A stretch of DNA of 45,029 nucleotides from an uncultured Candidatus Saccharibacteria bacterium (lineage in GTDB: Bacteria; Patescibacteriota; Saccharimonadia; Saccharimonadales; Saccharimonadaceae), in the NCBI GenBank assembly GCA_964346445.1, contig CAYFUI010000003.1:1-45029 (forward strand), in the 5' to 3' direction. Position 1 is the first letter of the stretch; every line of letters begins with the position of its first letter. The notes below the pieces were generated by a model. It saw only the letters and a program-made list of their open reading frames with translations. It was not told the DNA's origin and made no database searches. The translations under genes and the position numbers were made by a program. This document shows positions 18,293 to 30,747 of the stretch, in pieces.

Positions 18293-19819
18293 ATGGCAGA
18301 TTTAGCAGTTTCGGAGCTATCTAAAAACTTACGTGACGCAATAAGCAAGTTAGACGTAAGTGAAACTTTAGATGAGACGGGTATTGTGATGCGAGTGGGT
18401 GACGGCGTGGCATGGATCCATGGGTTAGAAAATGTAGGATATAACGAGATGCTTAAAATTGACACCCAAGATGGTCCGGTTGAAGCTTTCGCTTTAAACC
18501 TAGGCGAAGATGAGGTTGGTGCAGTAATTTTAGGCGATGACACAAAAGTAAAAGCAGGCGCCAAAGTAACAATGCAGCAAGAAATTTTAAGTGTGCCAGT
18601 AGGTCCAGAATTGTTAGGTAGGGTTGTTGACCCATTAGGGCGCCCATTAGATGGTGGTCCCCCTATTAAAACCAAAGAACGTGGGTTAGTAGATAGGCCG
18701 GCAGTAGGAGTAATGGGTCGTAAAAGTGTCCATGAGCCTTTAATGACAGGTGTTATGGCCATAGATGCTATGTTCCCGATTGGTCGCGGCCAACGTGAGC
18801 TTATTATCGGCGATAGGCAAACAGGCAAAACCGCCCTAGCCATCGACACCATGATCAACCAAGCCAAGCAAAACACGGGCGTAGTTAATATATATGTTGC
18901 GGTAGGTCAAAAACTTTCCAAGATTACTCGTTTAGTTCAGCGTCTTAAGGAAGAGGGCGTTATGGACCAAACAATTATTGTAGCAACCGGTCCGTCAGAC
19001 CCCGCCTCTTTACTCTACCTTGCTCCGTATTCCGGCACTGCTATGGGTGAGTATTTCCGTGACAAGGGTGAGCATGCTCTAATTATTTACGATGACTTAA
19101 CAAAACACGCCGTCGCTTACCGACAAATGTCCTTGTTACTACGCCGGCCGCCAGGGCGTGAGGCTTATCCGGGTGATGTTTTTTACCTACATTCTCGTTT
19201 ACTAGAGCGTTCTGCTAAATTAGCAGACGAGCTTGGTGGTGGAAGCCTAACTGCTCTACCGATTATTGAAACCCAAGCTGGCGATATTTCTGCCTATATT
19301 CCAACTAATGTCATTTCGATTACAGATGGGCAAATCTTCCTTGAAACAGATTTATTTAACCAAGGGATACGCCCTGCTATCTCTGCCGGTTTGTCTGTTT
19401 CGCGGGTTGGTGGTGCGGCCCAAACCAAAGCTGTTAAAAGTGTCGGTGGTAATTTGAAGCTGGGCCTCAGCCAGTTTAGGGAGTTGGCTAGTTTTGCCCA
19501 GTTTGGCAGTGACCTTGATAGCGCCACAAAAGCCCAAATTGAAAGAGGTCAACGTTTAACAGAGCTATTAAAGCAGGCCCAATACCAGCCAATGAGTGTA
19601 TGGGAGCAATACGTAAGTATATATGCCATTACTAGTGGGGCTTTTGATAACGTTCCGGTAAATAAAATTAAAGAAGCCCAAGCTTCCCTTCTGGCCCAGT
19701 TCTCTACTCAGCATAAGGCTGCTGTTAAAGAGTTAGATAAGGGAGATAAGCCGACTGACAAGACAATTGCCACAATTGATAAGGTGGCAGCAAGTGTGGC
19801 CAAGGGGTATCAGGAGTAA
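18293..19819 (+). CDS. atpA: F0F1 ATP synthase subunit alpha
   Basis: Walker A GDRQTGKT and alpha-type conserved blocks. Confidence 0.97.
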   Translation: MADLAVSELSKNLRDAISKLDVSETLDETGIVMRVGDGVAWIHGLENVGYNEMLKIDTQDGPVEAFALNLGEDEVGAVILGDDTKVKAGAKVTMQQEILSVPVGPELLGRVVDPLGRPLDGGPPIKTKERGLVDRPAVGVMGRKSVHEPLMTGVMAIDAMFPIGRGQRELIIGDRQTGKTALAIDTMINQAKQNTGVVNIYVAVGQKLSKITRLVQRLKEEGVMDQTIIVATGPSDPASLLYLAPYSGTAMGEYFRDKGEHALIIYDDLTKHAVAYRQMSLLLRRPPGREAYPGDVFYLHSRLLERSAKLADELGGGSLTALPIIETQAGDISAYIPTNVISITDGQIFLETDLFNQGIRPAISAGLSVSRVGGAAQTKAVKSVGGNLKLGLSQFRELASFAQFGSDLDSATKAQIERGQRLTELLKQAQYQPMSVWEQYVSIYAITSGAFDNVPVNKIKEAQASLLAQFSTQHKAAVKELDKGDKPTDKTIATIDKVAASVAKGYQE

Positions 19820-19822
19820 TTA

Positions 19823-22101
<2,279 letters not shown>

Positions 22102-22524
22102 ATGAATTTAAAGTTAATAACTTTATCAGGTACGGTGCTTGACAGCCAGGTTTACCAGGTGAATATCCCAACTCCTGAAGGTGATATTGGCGTATATCCT
22201 GACCATGAGGCTTTAGTTACCCTAGCTGTTCCAGGAATGGTCCGGGTCCATTACCGTAAAGATGATGATGTAACGCGGGCTGAGCTGTTTGCTATATCTG
22301 GCGGTATTGTAGAAATTGCTAATAATGAAGTAAAAATACTAGTAGATGATGCTGATAGTGCCGAAGACATAGCTGAAGATGAAGCTAGAGAGGCTTTACG
22401 GCGCGCTGAAGAGATGAGAGATGCCGCTGAGAGCACTGTTGAGCTAGAAAAAGCTTATGAGCTAATTGACAGGCAAAAGATACGGCTAAAAGTTGCTGAA
22501 ATTAAAAGGCGTAAACGATACTAA
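22102..22524 (+). CDS. atpC: F0F1 ATP synthase subunit epsilon
   Basis: Abuts the atpD stop. Beta-sandwich N-terminus with a helical acidic C-terminus, 140 aa. Confidence 0.9.
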   Translation: MNLKLITLSGTVLDSQVYQVNIPTPEGDIGVYPDHEALVTLAVPGMVRVHYRKDDDVTRAELFAISGGIVEIANNEVKILVDDADSAEDIAEDEAREALRRAEEMRDAAESTVELEKAYELIDRQKIRLKVAEIKRRKRY

Positions 22525-22546
22525 AATTTAGATAGGATAATGCCCT

Positions 22547-23845
22547 TTATTCATAGCGCAATGCTTCTATGGGGTTTAGCTTGGCGGCCCGCATAGCTGG
22601 CATGGTCCCTGCAGCAAAGGCAATTAAACAAATTACAACTATTATAATTAAAATATTATGCCAAGAAAACTGTATCAGTGTAAAGCCAGTGAGGTCGCTT
22701 AAAAAGCTTTGAGCGGCTATTTTGTTAATACCTATGCCTGCAAGCATAGCTGCTAGGATGCCAATAGCTGAACCCCAAAAACCAATCATTATGGCCTCTA
22801 GGCTAAATAGTGCAAATACTTTCCCACTACTTAGTCCCATGGCTTTCATTAAACCTATTTCTCTTGTCCGCTCTTGCACGGCCATGTATAAGGTGTTAAC
22901 TATACCAAAGCTTGCGGCTAGTAAGGCAATGGCACCAAACATGGTTAAAACAGCAGTTACAGCACTTATGACAGAGCGGACAACACCAATTTGGTCGTCA
23001 ATAGTTTGCGCTTGGTAGCCTAAGTCCTTTATCTCTGTTTTTATAGTATTTATTCGCGCTTCGCTAAGATTGGGTTCAAGGATGGCTGTGGCCATGTACT
23101 CTGGCGCTTTAGGGTGGGTGTTGCCCTCATTAGCTGCCTGGTCAACCTCCTTAACTAAGCTACTATTGCCGTAAGAGTAGCCGTCATTTAATAATGACTT
23201 TGTTTGGACGCCGACAATTTTTACTTTCACCTCCTCAATTATGCCGGTGGCAATATTGGTCACTCCTAAGTAAGCAGTTTGCCCCACCGCCGCTTCGGCG
23301 CTTTTTAAACCTAGTGGCTCTACGAAGCGTGGCTCAATGGTAATTTGCGGTTCGGTAGTGTCTTGGTTAGGTGTTTCTCCAGTTTCAACATCAACAGATA
23401 CACCGTTTATACTTTCCATTACTGAGATAACATATTTTTTGGAACCGTCGCCACGAGTTATATAGTCAACCTCCGGCCGATCGTAAAAAGAGGCGCTTTC
23501 AATCCCGTTTATTTTTTTAATTTGGGCTAACTTAGCTTCAGTAATAGGCTTAGCATTCATGGAGTTAGTCGCTGGCTCTGTATCATTCAAGGTGACAGGA
23601 GTATATTCGCGGGCCTCATTGTTATTGGCTCTGGTTTCAGGCGGGAGCGGCATAATAATTAAAGTATTATTACCGCCAAGTGCTCCTAATTGAGCTTCTA
23701 TATAGTTATTAACACCTGTGTCGATACCAGTAGTTAACGCCAAGGTAAAGGCACCTACAAAAATAGCTCCAATTGTTAGGAATGTCCTTATTTTATTACG
23801 AGCGAGGTTGGCATTAGCCATTTTTATAATATCTAAAATTTTCAT
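22547..23845 (-). CDS. ABC transporter permease, MacB/FtsX type
   Basis: TM1, then an extracytoplasmic domain of about 270 aa, then three C-terminal TM helices (FtsX domain). Overlaps its ATPase gene by 4 nt. Confidence 0.8.
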   Translation of the reverse strand: MKILDIIKMANANLARNKIRTFLTIGAIFVGAFTLALTTGIDTGVNNYIEAQLGALGGNNTLIIMPLPPETRANNNEAREYTPVTLNDTEPATNSMNAKPITEAKLAQIKKINGIESASFYDRPEVDYITRGDGSKKYVISVMESINGVSVDVETGETPNQDTTEPQITIEPRFVEPLGLKSAEAAVGQTAYLGVTNIATGIIEEVKVKIVGVQTKSLLNDGYSYGNSSLVKEVDQAANEGNTHPKAPEYMATAILEPNLSEARINTIKTEIKDLGYQAQTIDDQIGVVRSVISAVTAVLTMFGAIALLAASFGIVNTLYMAVQERTREIGLMKAMGLSSGKVFALFSLEAIMIGFWGSAIGILAAMLAGIGINKIAAQSFLSDLTGFTLIQFSWHNILIIIVVICLIAFAAGTMPAMRAAKLNPIEALRYE

Positions 23846-24537
23846 TTTAACTCCTCCTCTATGATTCGCCCATCTTTAATGTGCACTTGTCTGTCGCATA
23901 AAGCCGCTAAGTCTGGGTCATGAGTCACTATAACCAGGGTTATCCCAGCTTTTTTATTTAAATTAAAAAGTAAATTTTTAATTTTATCGCCTGTTTTGCT
24001 GTCTAAATTGCCAGTTGGCTCATCTGCAAAAATAACAGAAGGTTGGTTTACTATTGCTCTGGCAATGCAGACTCGTTGTTTTTGCCCACCAGACAGGTCG
24101 TTAGCTTTGACATTAATTTTATCGCCTAAACCAACACTTTTTAAGGCTGCCTTAGCTTGTTTTTGCCGTTGGCGCCCACCCTCCCCAGCTATTAATAAAG
24201 GAGTCAGCACATTATTAAGGACAGTATCGTTAGCGTTCATAAAGAAAGATTGAAAAACAAAGCCGAAACTCTTATTTCGTAATTGGTTTATCCGCCGTGC
24301 AGGCAAAGTGTGAGCGGCTGTTTCTTTAATATAAATTTCACCGGTTGTTGGCTTATCAAGCAATGCCAGTAGGTGCATAAGGGTTGATTTTCCTGAGCCA
24401 CTTTTTCCTATGATAGCCACGGCTTCACCCCTTTTAATTTCTAAATTTATATTAGTTAGAGCAGTAAACTTATTGGCCTTCTTGCCGTAGGTTTTACCTA
24501 AATTGACAGTTTTAATTATCGTATCGTTCTTACTCAT
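23842..24537 (-). CDS. ABC transporter ATP-binding protein (MacB/LolD-like)
   Basis: Walker A GKSGSGKST, signature LSGGQKQR, Walker B IFADEPTGNLD. Confidence 0.9.
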   Translation of the reverse strand: MSKNDTIIKTVNLGKTYGKKANKFTALTNINLEIKRGEAVAIIGKSGSGKSTLMHLLALLDKPTTGEIYIKETAAHTLPARRINQLRNKSFGFVFQSFFMNANDTVLNNVLTPLLIAGEGGRQRQKQAKAALKSVGLGDKINVKANDLSGGQKQRVCIARAIVNQPSVIFADEPTGNLDSKTGDKIKNLLFNLNKKAGITLVIVTHDPDLAALCDRQVHIKDGRIIEEELK

Positions 24538-24563
24538 ACTCTTATTATACTCGTTTTTTTTAA

Positions 24564-27074
24564 TTAAGAAATTAAATGTCTTTTTTGAATATACTTTTGG
24601 GCTTCTGATACTGTAAGAGGGACAAGGAAGCTAATGATAAATACTATAATATAATCGACTGGTTTAAGCGGTGTAATATGTAGAATGGAGGCGAGCGGAG
24701 TTTCCATTATGATTATTTGCATTATGAAAGAAATGACCAATAAAAACCAGAATAGGTTATTTTTTACTTTGAGAATTGAGAAAATAGAACGACTATGACT
24801 GCGCATAGTTAAAGCATTGGCCCACTGGATTACCACCAGGGCTAAGAAGGCGGCGCTTTGAGCGTACCCTAAATCACCATGGTGTAGATAATAGCTATAA
24901 ATTATCAAAGTGGTCGCGGCAATGGTGATAGCAGAAATGATAATTTTAACGACCATTCTCCTGCTTAAAAGTGGAGCGTTAAAGGGTGCAGGTGGCCGCT
25001 CCATTATATAGTCATCACCAGGTTCTATACCTAAAGGAACTACCATCGTGGTATCTGTGACAATGTTAACCCATAATATTTGAATAGATAAAAGAGGCGC
25101 AGGCCAGCCTAGAAGTAGTGCCACCGTAATAGTCATTACCTCTCCCGCGTTGGTTGAAAGTAAGTAAACAAGAACCCTCTTTATATTATCCAGTATAATT
25201 CTTCCTTGCTTAACTGCTGCCGCCACGGTTTTGAAATTATTATCTAGTAATATAATGTCACTGACATCTTTAGCAATCTGTGACCCATCTCCCATTGCTA
25301 TACCGATATGGGCAGTAGAAAGTGCTGGAGCGTCATTCACACCGTCACCAGTCATGGCTACAATATTATCTTCTTTTAATTTTGTAAGTAAATTATATTT
25401 GTCGGTAGGCATTATGCGTGAAAATACTGTATATTTTTTAATAGACTGTCCAGCCGTTAATTTTTCTAGCATAGAGGACTCTATAACCTCTTCTGGTTTT
25501 TTGGCTATACCTAATTTTTTGGCTATCGCCAGTGCAGTGTTGGCGTGGTCGCCTGTTATCATATGAATAGATATCCCAGCTTTTCTAATCAAATCTACCG
25601 AAGGCTTTGATTCTTTTCGCAGCTCATCGGCAATTGCCAAAAAGCCTATCAGAGAAATGCTTGGGTTTCTAGTGATAATCTTGAGGCTGTTAGGTGCGGT
25701 TTTTGTTTTCATAGCACCAACGCCAATCACCCTATAGCCTTGGTCGGTAAAGTGGTTTAAGGCTACGTAGGCCTGCTCTCGTTCTGCTTCAGTTAAATTT
25801 GCAATTTCAATTAATTGTTCTGGAGAGCCTTTTATAAAGGTTGTAAATTGCCTATCAGCACCCTTATAAACTACACCACTTATCCTGTATTGTTGCACAA
25901 AAGGAAAGCTCTTTATTAGTTCAAAATTTTTCGGAATAGTAGTTTTACACTCTTTAGCAATTACAGCATCTAAAGGGTCAGCTGTGTCGCCATTGGAGTG
26001 CAATTGGCTGAGGCCAGTGGCCATTTTGATATTGAAACCTGTTTGATTATTGGGGTCTTGCCAATACTCTTGTATGGATAATTTATTTTTTGATAATGTG
26101 CCAGTTTTATCGGTAGCAATAGCGGTAACCGCTCCTATCACCTCTAGAGAGCGCATATTGGTGACGAGCGCCTTTTGTTTAGCCATGGTTTTAATCCCTA
26201 ATGCTAAAATGACTGTCACCGTTATGGGTAGTCCTTCTGGAATGGCTGAAACGGCTAAAGCGAGAATAAAGCGCAATGCCTCGATTGGGTTCTCACCCCT
26301 TATAAGGAGTAGTGTAAAAATTAAAATGCTTAAAAGCCCAACTGCTAGAATAATTTGCTTAACTAGTTTCGCTACCTTTTTTTGCAATGGATTAACAGTA
26401 AGTTCACTAGCACTTAATTTAGCTATCTTGCTAAATTCTGTATTATTTCCAGTTTGGGTAACCACCCCCTCACAGGTACCAGCTGTTATGGCAGTCCCTT
26501 GAAAAAGCATATTAGTTTGCTCAAAAAGGCTTCTTGAACCCCTGAGTGTATCGGCGTTTTTGCTTATAGGTAAAGACTCGCCAGTGAGGACTGCTTCATC
26601 CACCTGTAGACCAGCCGCTTCCAGGATTCTTATATCTGCGGGCACCCTGCTACCCTCAGAGAGTAAAACTATATCACCAGGCACCAGAAGGTTCTCTTTA
26701 ACCTTAATAAACTCCATGTTACGTTTTACCGTAACTTCTTGTGTAGCTTGTTCTTTTAAGCTTCTAAGTATTTTTGCAGTAGAGATTTTCTGAGCGTAAT
26801 CTATCCATATATTTATACCTATTATGAAAGCTATGACCACTGCATCAATATATTCGTGGATAATGACGCTAAGGATAATGGCAAAAATTAATATTAAGGT
26901 AAAAGGCTCCAAGAATGGCTCAATGAGTTTTTTCCAAATTGGTACACCGGCTAAGGAGAGCGTATTCTCGCCATGTTTTAATTTAGCCTTTTGATAGCTT
27001 TGGTTATTGAGGCCATTCCTGTCGCTATTTAGCGCCCTTAATACATTTTTCGTAGTTTTATTGTAATAAAGCAT
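24564..27074 (-). CDS. cation-transporting P-type ATPase (P2-type, Ca2+/Mg2+-like)
   Basis: Phosphorylation motif DKTGTLS, hinge TGDGVNDAPAL, and TM4 motif PEGLP. ATG 27074 is preferred over the tracked GTG 27080 because TGaTACAAT lies 7 nt upstream of it. Confidence 0.85.
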   Translation of the reverse strand: MLYYNKTTKNVLRALNSDRNGLNNQSYQKAKLKHGENTLSLAGVPIWKKLIEPFLEPFTLILIFAIILSVIIHEYIDAVVIAFIIGINIWIDYAQKISTAKILRSLKEQATQEVTVKRNMEFIKVKENLLVPGDIVLLSEGSRVPADIRILEAAGLQVDEAVLTGESLPISKNADTLRGSRSLFEQTNMLFQGTAITAGTCEGVVTQTGNNTEFSKIAKLSASELTVNPLQKKVAKLVKQIILAVGLLSILIFTLLLIRGENPIEALRFILALAVSAIPEGLPITVTVILALGIKTMAKQKALVTNMRSLEVIGAVTAIATDKTGTLSKNKLSIQEYWQDPNNQTGFNIKMATGLSQLHSNGDTADPLDAVIAKECKTTIPKNFELIKSFPFVQQYRISGVVYKGADRQFTTFIKGSPEQLIEIANLTEAEREQAYVALNHFTDQGYRVIGVGAMKTKTAPNSLKIITRNPSISLIGFLAIADELRKESKPSVDLIRKAGISIHMITGDHANTALAIAKKLGIAKKPEEVIESSMLEKLTAGQSIKKYTVFSRIMPTDKYNLLTKLKEDNIVAMTGDGVNDAPALSTAHIGIAMGDGSQIAKDVSDIILLDNNFKTVAAAVKQGRIILDNIKRVLVYLLSTNAGEVMTITVALLLGWPAPLLSIQILWVNIVTDTTMVVPLGIEPGDDYIMERPPAPFNAPLLSRRMVVKIIISAITIAATTLIIYSYYLHHGDLGYAQSAAFLALVVIQWANALTMRSHSRSIFSILKVKNNLFWFLLVISFIMQIIIMETPLASILHITPLKPVDYIIVFIISFLVPLTVSEAQKYIQKRHLIS

Positions 27075-27110
27075 TACCACTATTGTATCATGGGGCGCAT
27101 ATTTTTTAGG

Positions 27111-27572
27111 CTATCTGATAGCTATTAGTTTAAATTGCTGATGGCCGTTACTTGTAGCATAACTGATGGTGTCTTTAATTGTTTTACCGATTAGTTCCAT
27201 ACCCAGCGGGCTTTTAATGGACAAGCGACCGTCCGAAGGATTAGCCTCTACACTTTCCACAAGGGTGAATTTTAGTTTCTTTCCTTGCCTATCTATTAAT
27301 TCAACAGCTGATCCAATAGCCACTCTCACTTGATTGCGCTTTTTCGGTAAAAGCTTCACATTTTTCAATAATAATCTTTTTTCAAATAATTCTTGTTCAA
27401 TAGAGTCATACCTGCTTAAGACATCTACTCTATCAAGCCGGCCCTCCCTTGATGTATCCTTATCCATATTTTTTAATTTATAACGTGTTTTAGATAAGCT
27501 TTTTTCAAGTGAACTAATCTCCTTTTTTAGCTCTTTAAGACCCTTTTTGCTTAATGTAATGGTGGTGTTCAT
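27111..27572 (-). CDS. GreA/GreB-family transcription factor (non-canonical coiled-coil tip)
   Basis: N-terminal coiled coil plus a Gre C-terminal domain (VAIGSAVEL ... SIKSPLGMELIGK). A strong SD (AGGAGGG) lies upstream. Confidence 0.7.
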   Translation of the reverse strand: MNTTITLSKKGLKELKKEISSLEKSLSKTRYKLKNMDKDTSREGRLDRVDVLSRYDSIEQELFEKRLLLKNVKLLPKKRNQVRVAIGSAVELIDRQGKKLKFTLVESVEANPSDGRLSIKSPLGMELIGKTIKDTISYATSNGHQQFKLIAIR

Positions 27573-27684
27573 ATTTAAACCCTCCTTTTTTTAATTTTTA
27601 CCCAAGCCGTTAATGGAAGAGCTGCAATAGCAATTAGCTATGCCATATATTGCTTAGGCTATCTTTCACTATACCTAACCAACC

Positions 27685-28647
27685 TTAGTTAAGGCTTAAA
27701 GGGCGTGTATTCTTTGGTAGGACCACTGTAAAAATTGTCTTTTTGCCTGTTGTGCTCTTAACATCAATGCGGCCACCGTGGTGTTCCACTATTTCTTTAG
27801 CAAGCGGCAACCCCATGCCATGCCCTTTAGTTTGTTTTATATTTATAGTATTCCCTCGGTAAAAGCTCTCGAAGATATGAGGAATATCTGCTTTGGCTAT
27901 GCCAGATCCTGTATTCGTGACACTAACATAAACGCGTCCGCCACTCTGCTTAACCGTGATCTTTACTGGAGACTTAGCAGGACTATACTTTAAAGCGTTT
28001 TCTATCAATATATTAAAAACAGTCTCTAGAGCCAGTTCATTCCCTTTTATATAAATAGGATTGGATGGAGTATAAACGATTCTATCTGGCTGGTTAAGCC
28101 GGTCTACCACTGTTTGGACGGCATGATTTACCTCGACTGGACTCGTGTCAAAAACCAAGGTATTTACCCTTGATAGGTCTAATAGCATGGCAGTTAAATC
28201 TGACATTTTATCTATTTCTTCATGAACACTACCTAGCGTATCCTCTAATTCTTTTTTACTATGTTTGGTTGAATATAAGACAGCCTCAATTTCAGATTTT
28301 ATTGCTGCAAGTGGTGTTCTTAGTTCATGACTAGCGTCGCTAGTGAACCGCGCTTGAGCTTTGTGAGCTGCCTCGACTGAGCTAATGGTGCTACTAGCTA
28401 AGCCATAGCTTACAAAACCGCCCATTATTAATATTGAGATATTTAATATCACTAAAAACGATACAATGCTTTGTTCGGCTTCTTTAGCCTCCTCTGTTTG
28501 ATAGAGTCGTATTTGCTGGCGAGTTCGTAAGTCGGGATTTTCTACAAGCCTACTGCTGAAATTAGTTAAGCGACCAGCCACTTCGTTGCTAAAGATGGCG
28601 TAAATAACCCCACTAAGAAGTAGAGCCACTACCATTAATATTGCCAT
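27685..28647 (-). CDS. sensor histidine kinase (two TM helices, HAMP-less)
   Basis: H-box SHELRTPLAAI, N-box ENALKYS, G1 TNTGSGI, G2 GHGMGL. The reading frame stays open upstream to 28704, so the true start may be a non-ATG codon near 28695. Confidence 0.8.
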   Translation of the reverse strand: MAILMVVALLLSGVIYAIFSNEVAGRLTNFSSRLVENPDLRTRQQIRLYQTEEAKEAEQSIVSFLVILNISILIMGGFVSYGLASSTISSVEAAHKAQARFTSDASHELRTPLAAIKSEIEAVLYSTKHSKKELEDTLGSVHEEIDKMSDLTAMLLDLSRVNTLVFDTSPVEVNHAVQTVVDRLNQPDRIVYTPSNPIYIKGNELALETVFNILIENALKYSPAKSPVKITVKQSGGRVYVSVTNTGSGIAKADIPHIFESFYRGNTINIKQTKGHGMGLPLAKEIVEHHGGRIDVKSTTGKKTIFTVVLPKNTRPLSLN

Positions 28648-28764
28648 GTAACTAAGCGTTAGCTTGATAACTGCAGTGTTAAAAATGTGTTTAATGACAT
28701 ACTCCTATTAATTTAAGAGGCGGACGGCAACAGTTAGGGTTATTACTAAAAGAAACAATGGCGC

Positions 28765-29436
28765 TTAAAGGTCGTCAATACTGTAGCCAAAGCCCCGGGC
28801 AGTTCTTATTAAAGGTATCTTGAAAGGATCATCAATTTTCTGTCTTAAGTACCTAATATATACCTCGACGGTATTAGGCATGACGTCTGCATCATAGTCC
28901 CAGACATGATTAATTATCTGTTCTTTATTAAGTGGGCGCCCTTTATTTCTCAAAAGATATTCCAGCAAGGCAAATTCTTTGCTGGTAAGCTGGATGGTTT
29001 TTCCCGCGCGCTTTACCTCAAAGGTGTTGGTGTTAAGTGTTAAGTCGGCGGCACTTAACGTTGTGTCATGTTGGACGCCTGGACGACGTAGCAGTGCCCT
29101 CACGCGAGCCATAACTTCATCCATGGCAAAAGGCTTAAGAATATAATCGTCTGCGCCGGCATCTAAGCCAGCTACCTTATCGCTGGTTGACCCTTTGGCG
29201 GTAAGAATGACAATGGGCATGTGAAGACCCTGGCTGCGGATTTCTTTTATAAGGCTGATGCCGTCTTTCTTTGGCAAACCTAGGTCTATAATAGCCAAGT
29301 CGTATGGCTGAGTTGTTGCCATCACCAGGCCATCTTCGCCATCATAGCTTACATCTACTGCGTAATGTTCTTGTTGCAATACTTTTTTTAATGCATTAGC
29401 AATCTTATGTTCATCTTCTACTACTAGTACTCTCAT
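28765..29436 (-). CDS. OmpR-family response regulator
   Basis: Receiver domain (VLVVEDE, phospho-acceptor Asp in AIIDLGLP, conserved Lys in ILKPF) plus a winged-helix C-terminus (LTSKEFALLEYL, RGFGY). Confidence 0.9.
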   Translation of the reverse strand: MRVLVVEDEHKIANALKKVLQQEHYAVDVSYDGEDGLVMATTQPYDLAIIDLGLPKKDGISLIKEIRSQGLHMPIVILTAKGSTSDKVAGLDAGADDYILKPFAMDEVMARVRALLRRPGVQHDTTLSAADLTLNTNTFEVKRAGKTIQLTSKEFALLEYLLRNKGRPLNKEQIINHVWDYDADVMPNTVEVYIRYLRQKIDDPFKIPLIRTARGFGYSIDDL

Positions 29437-29565
29437 ATTAATCTATTATAACACAATCTACTTAAAGATAACTTAAAAATTTAGGTGTCATTAAGTTAGA
29501 AATAATATTAAATACCAAGAAAACAGTAACAGTTAGAACAAAATTATGCTATAATAATTGATATT

Positions 29566-30732
29566 ATGCAAAGAGTAAAAATAGCTATAGACACAAAAAC
29601 CATGATTCGTTTTTGGTTGGTAGTAATAGGGTTTGCTTTAGCGGCCTTACTATTACACAAGGCACAGCAAGGGTTAATAATAATAGGCATATCAATCTTT
29701 ATGGCGGTGGCGTTGAATACGCCGGTATCGCGCTTAGCTCATAAAATGCCTGGCCGTAGTCGGAGCGCCGCTACAGCCATCTCTTATGTGGCCATTGTAG
29801 TACTACTTGGCACAATAATTACTTTAGTAGTCCCGCCCATTTTAGAGCAAACGGCGAAGTTCACTTCAGCGGTACCGACAATTGTTGACGGTTTAGTCAA
29901 CCAGTGGGGTGCACTGCGTGACGTCCTGTCTAAGTATGGATTGGAGCAGTCATTAGACGATGCTCTTTCTTCATTGCAAACAATGGCCGCTCACTTTGCT
30001 AGTAATGTCGGCAAAATGGCTATTGGCAGTATAGGCTCTTTAATGGAGTTCATTACAGCTCTTATTTTAGTACTGGTGCTGACATTTCTATTCTTAATGG
30101 ATGGACCGTCCATTATGAAAAAATATTATGCCAATATCCAAAATACGGAAAAAAGACAACAGCAAGAGCGAATTTTTAACAAAATTTATGATGTTATTAC
30201 AGGTTATGTAAACGGACAGTTAATTGTCTCTGCTATTGGTGCTTTTGCCGCGGGAACTATGACTTTCATCCTCAGTTTAATTTTTACAGACATACCTAGT
30301 AATCTAGCAGCCCCAGTTGCCGTCATTACGTTCACACTTTCATTAATCCCAATGTTTGGTGCGGCAATTGCCGGTACAATTACGGCTTTAATCATGGCTA
30401 TGAATTCATTTCCGGCGGCTGTTATCTACATAATATTCTTTATTATTTACCAGCAGATAGAAAATAATTTCATTCAACCTGTGGTCCAGGGCAAGCGTAT
30501 TGCACTATCGCCATTAGTTATCCTTATCTCAATCACCCTCGGTGTGTACATGTACGGTATTGTTGGTGGTGTGATTGCTATTCCGGTGGCTGGTACCATT
30601 CAGGTTCTCCTTGAAGAGTATACCAAGCAAAAACAAGCCACCGCCGCTAGTAAGGCTAAAAAAGATAAACCCGTTGCTAAATTTGCCAAAAAAGTAACTA
30701 CTAAATCCACCAAAAAGGTGACTAAGTCTTAA
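29566..30732 (+). CDS. AI-2E family (PerM/YhhT-like) transporter
   Basis: About 8 TM helices with the family-typical FLFLMDG block. Lys-rich C-terminal tail. Confidence 0.75.
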   Translation: MQRVKIAIDTKTMIRFWLVVIGFALAALLLHKAQQGLIIIGISIFMAVALNTPVSRLAHKMPGRSRSAATAISYVAIVVLLGTIITLVVPPILEQTAKFTSAVPTIVDGLVNQWGALRDVLSKYGLEQSLDDALSSLQTMAAHFASNVGKMAIGSIGSLMEFITALILVLVLTFLFLMDGPSIMKKYYANIQNTEKRQQQERIFNKIYDVITGYVNGQLIVSAIGAFAAGTMTFILSLIFTDIPSNLAAPVAVITFTLSLIPMFGAAIAGTITALIMAMNSFPAAVIYIIFFIIYQQIENNFIQPVVQGKRIALSPLVILISITLGVYMYGIVGGVIAIPVAGTIQVLLEEYTKQKQATAASKAKKDKPVAKFAKKVTTKSTKKVTKS

Positions 30733-30747
30733 AAACACATTAATAAC

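Noticed and set aside
18259-18876. 205-aa ORF antisense to atpH/atpA, plus the shorter shadow ORFs at 18453-18647 and 19294-19552
   Set aside because: These are shadow frames of the highly conserved atpA gene. The translations are Pro/Ser-rich and low in information, and there are no start signals.
26050-26502. 150-aa ORF antisense to the P-type ATPase, and similar ORFs at 25231-25566 and 26560-26793
   Set aside because: Same reasoning as above: the sense frame has the DKTGT and TGDGVNDAPAL motifs, and the antisense frames show no independent support.
27100-27665. 11-nt direct repeat TTAGGCTATCT at about 27100 and about 27655, flanking the Gre-like gene
   Set aside because: Many chance 11-mer matches are expected in 45 kb. 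One copy is coding (the greA-like C-terminus). No target-site-duplication context or mobile-element gene lies between the copies.
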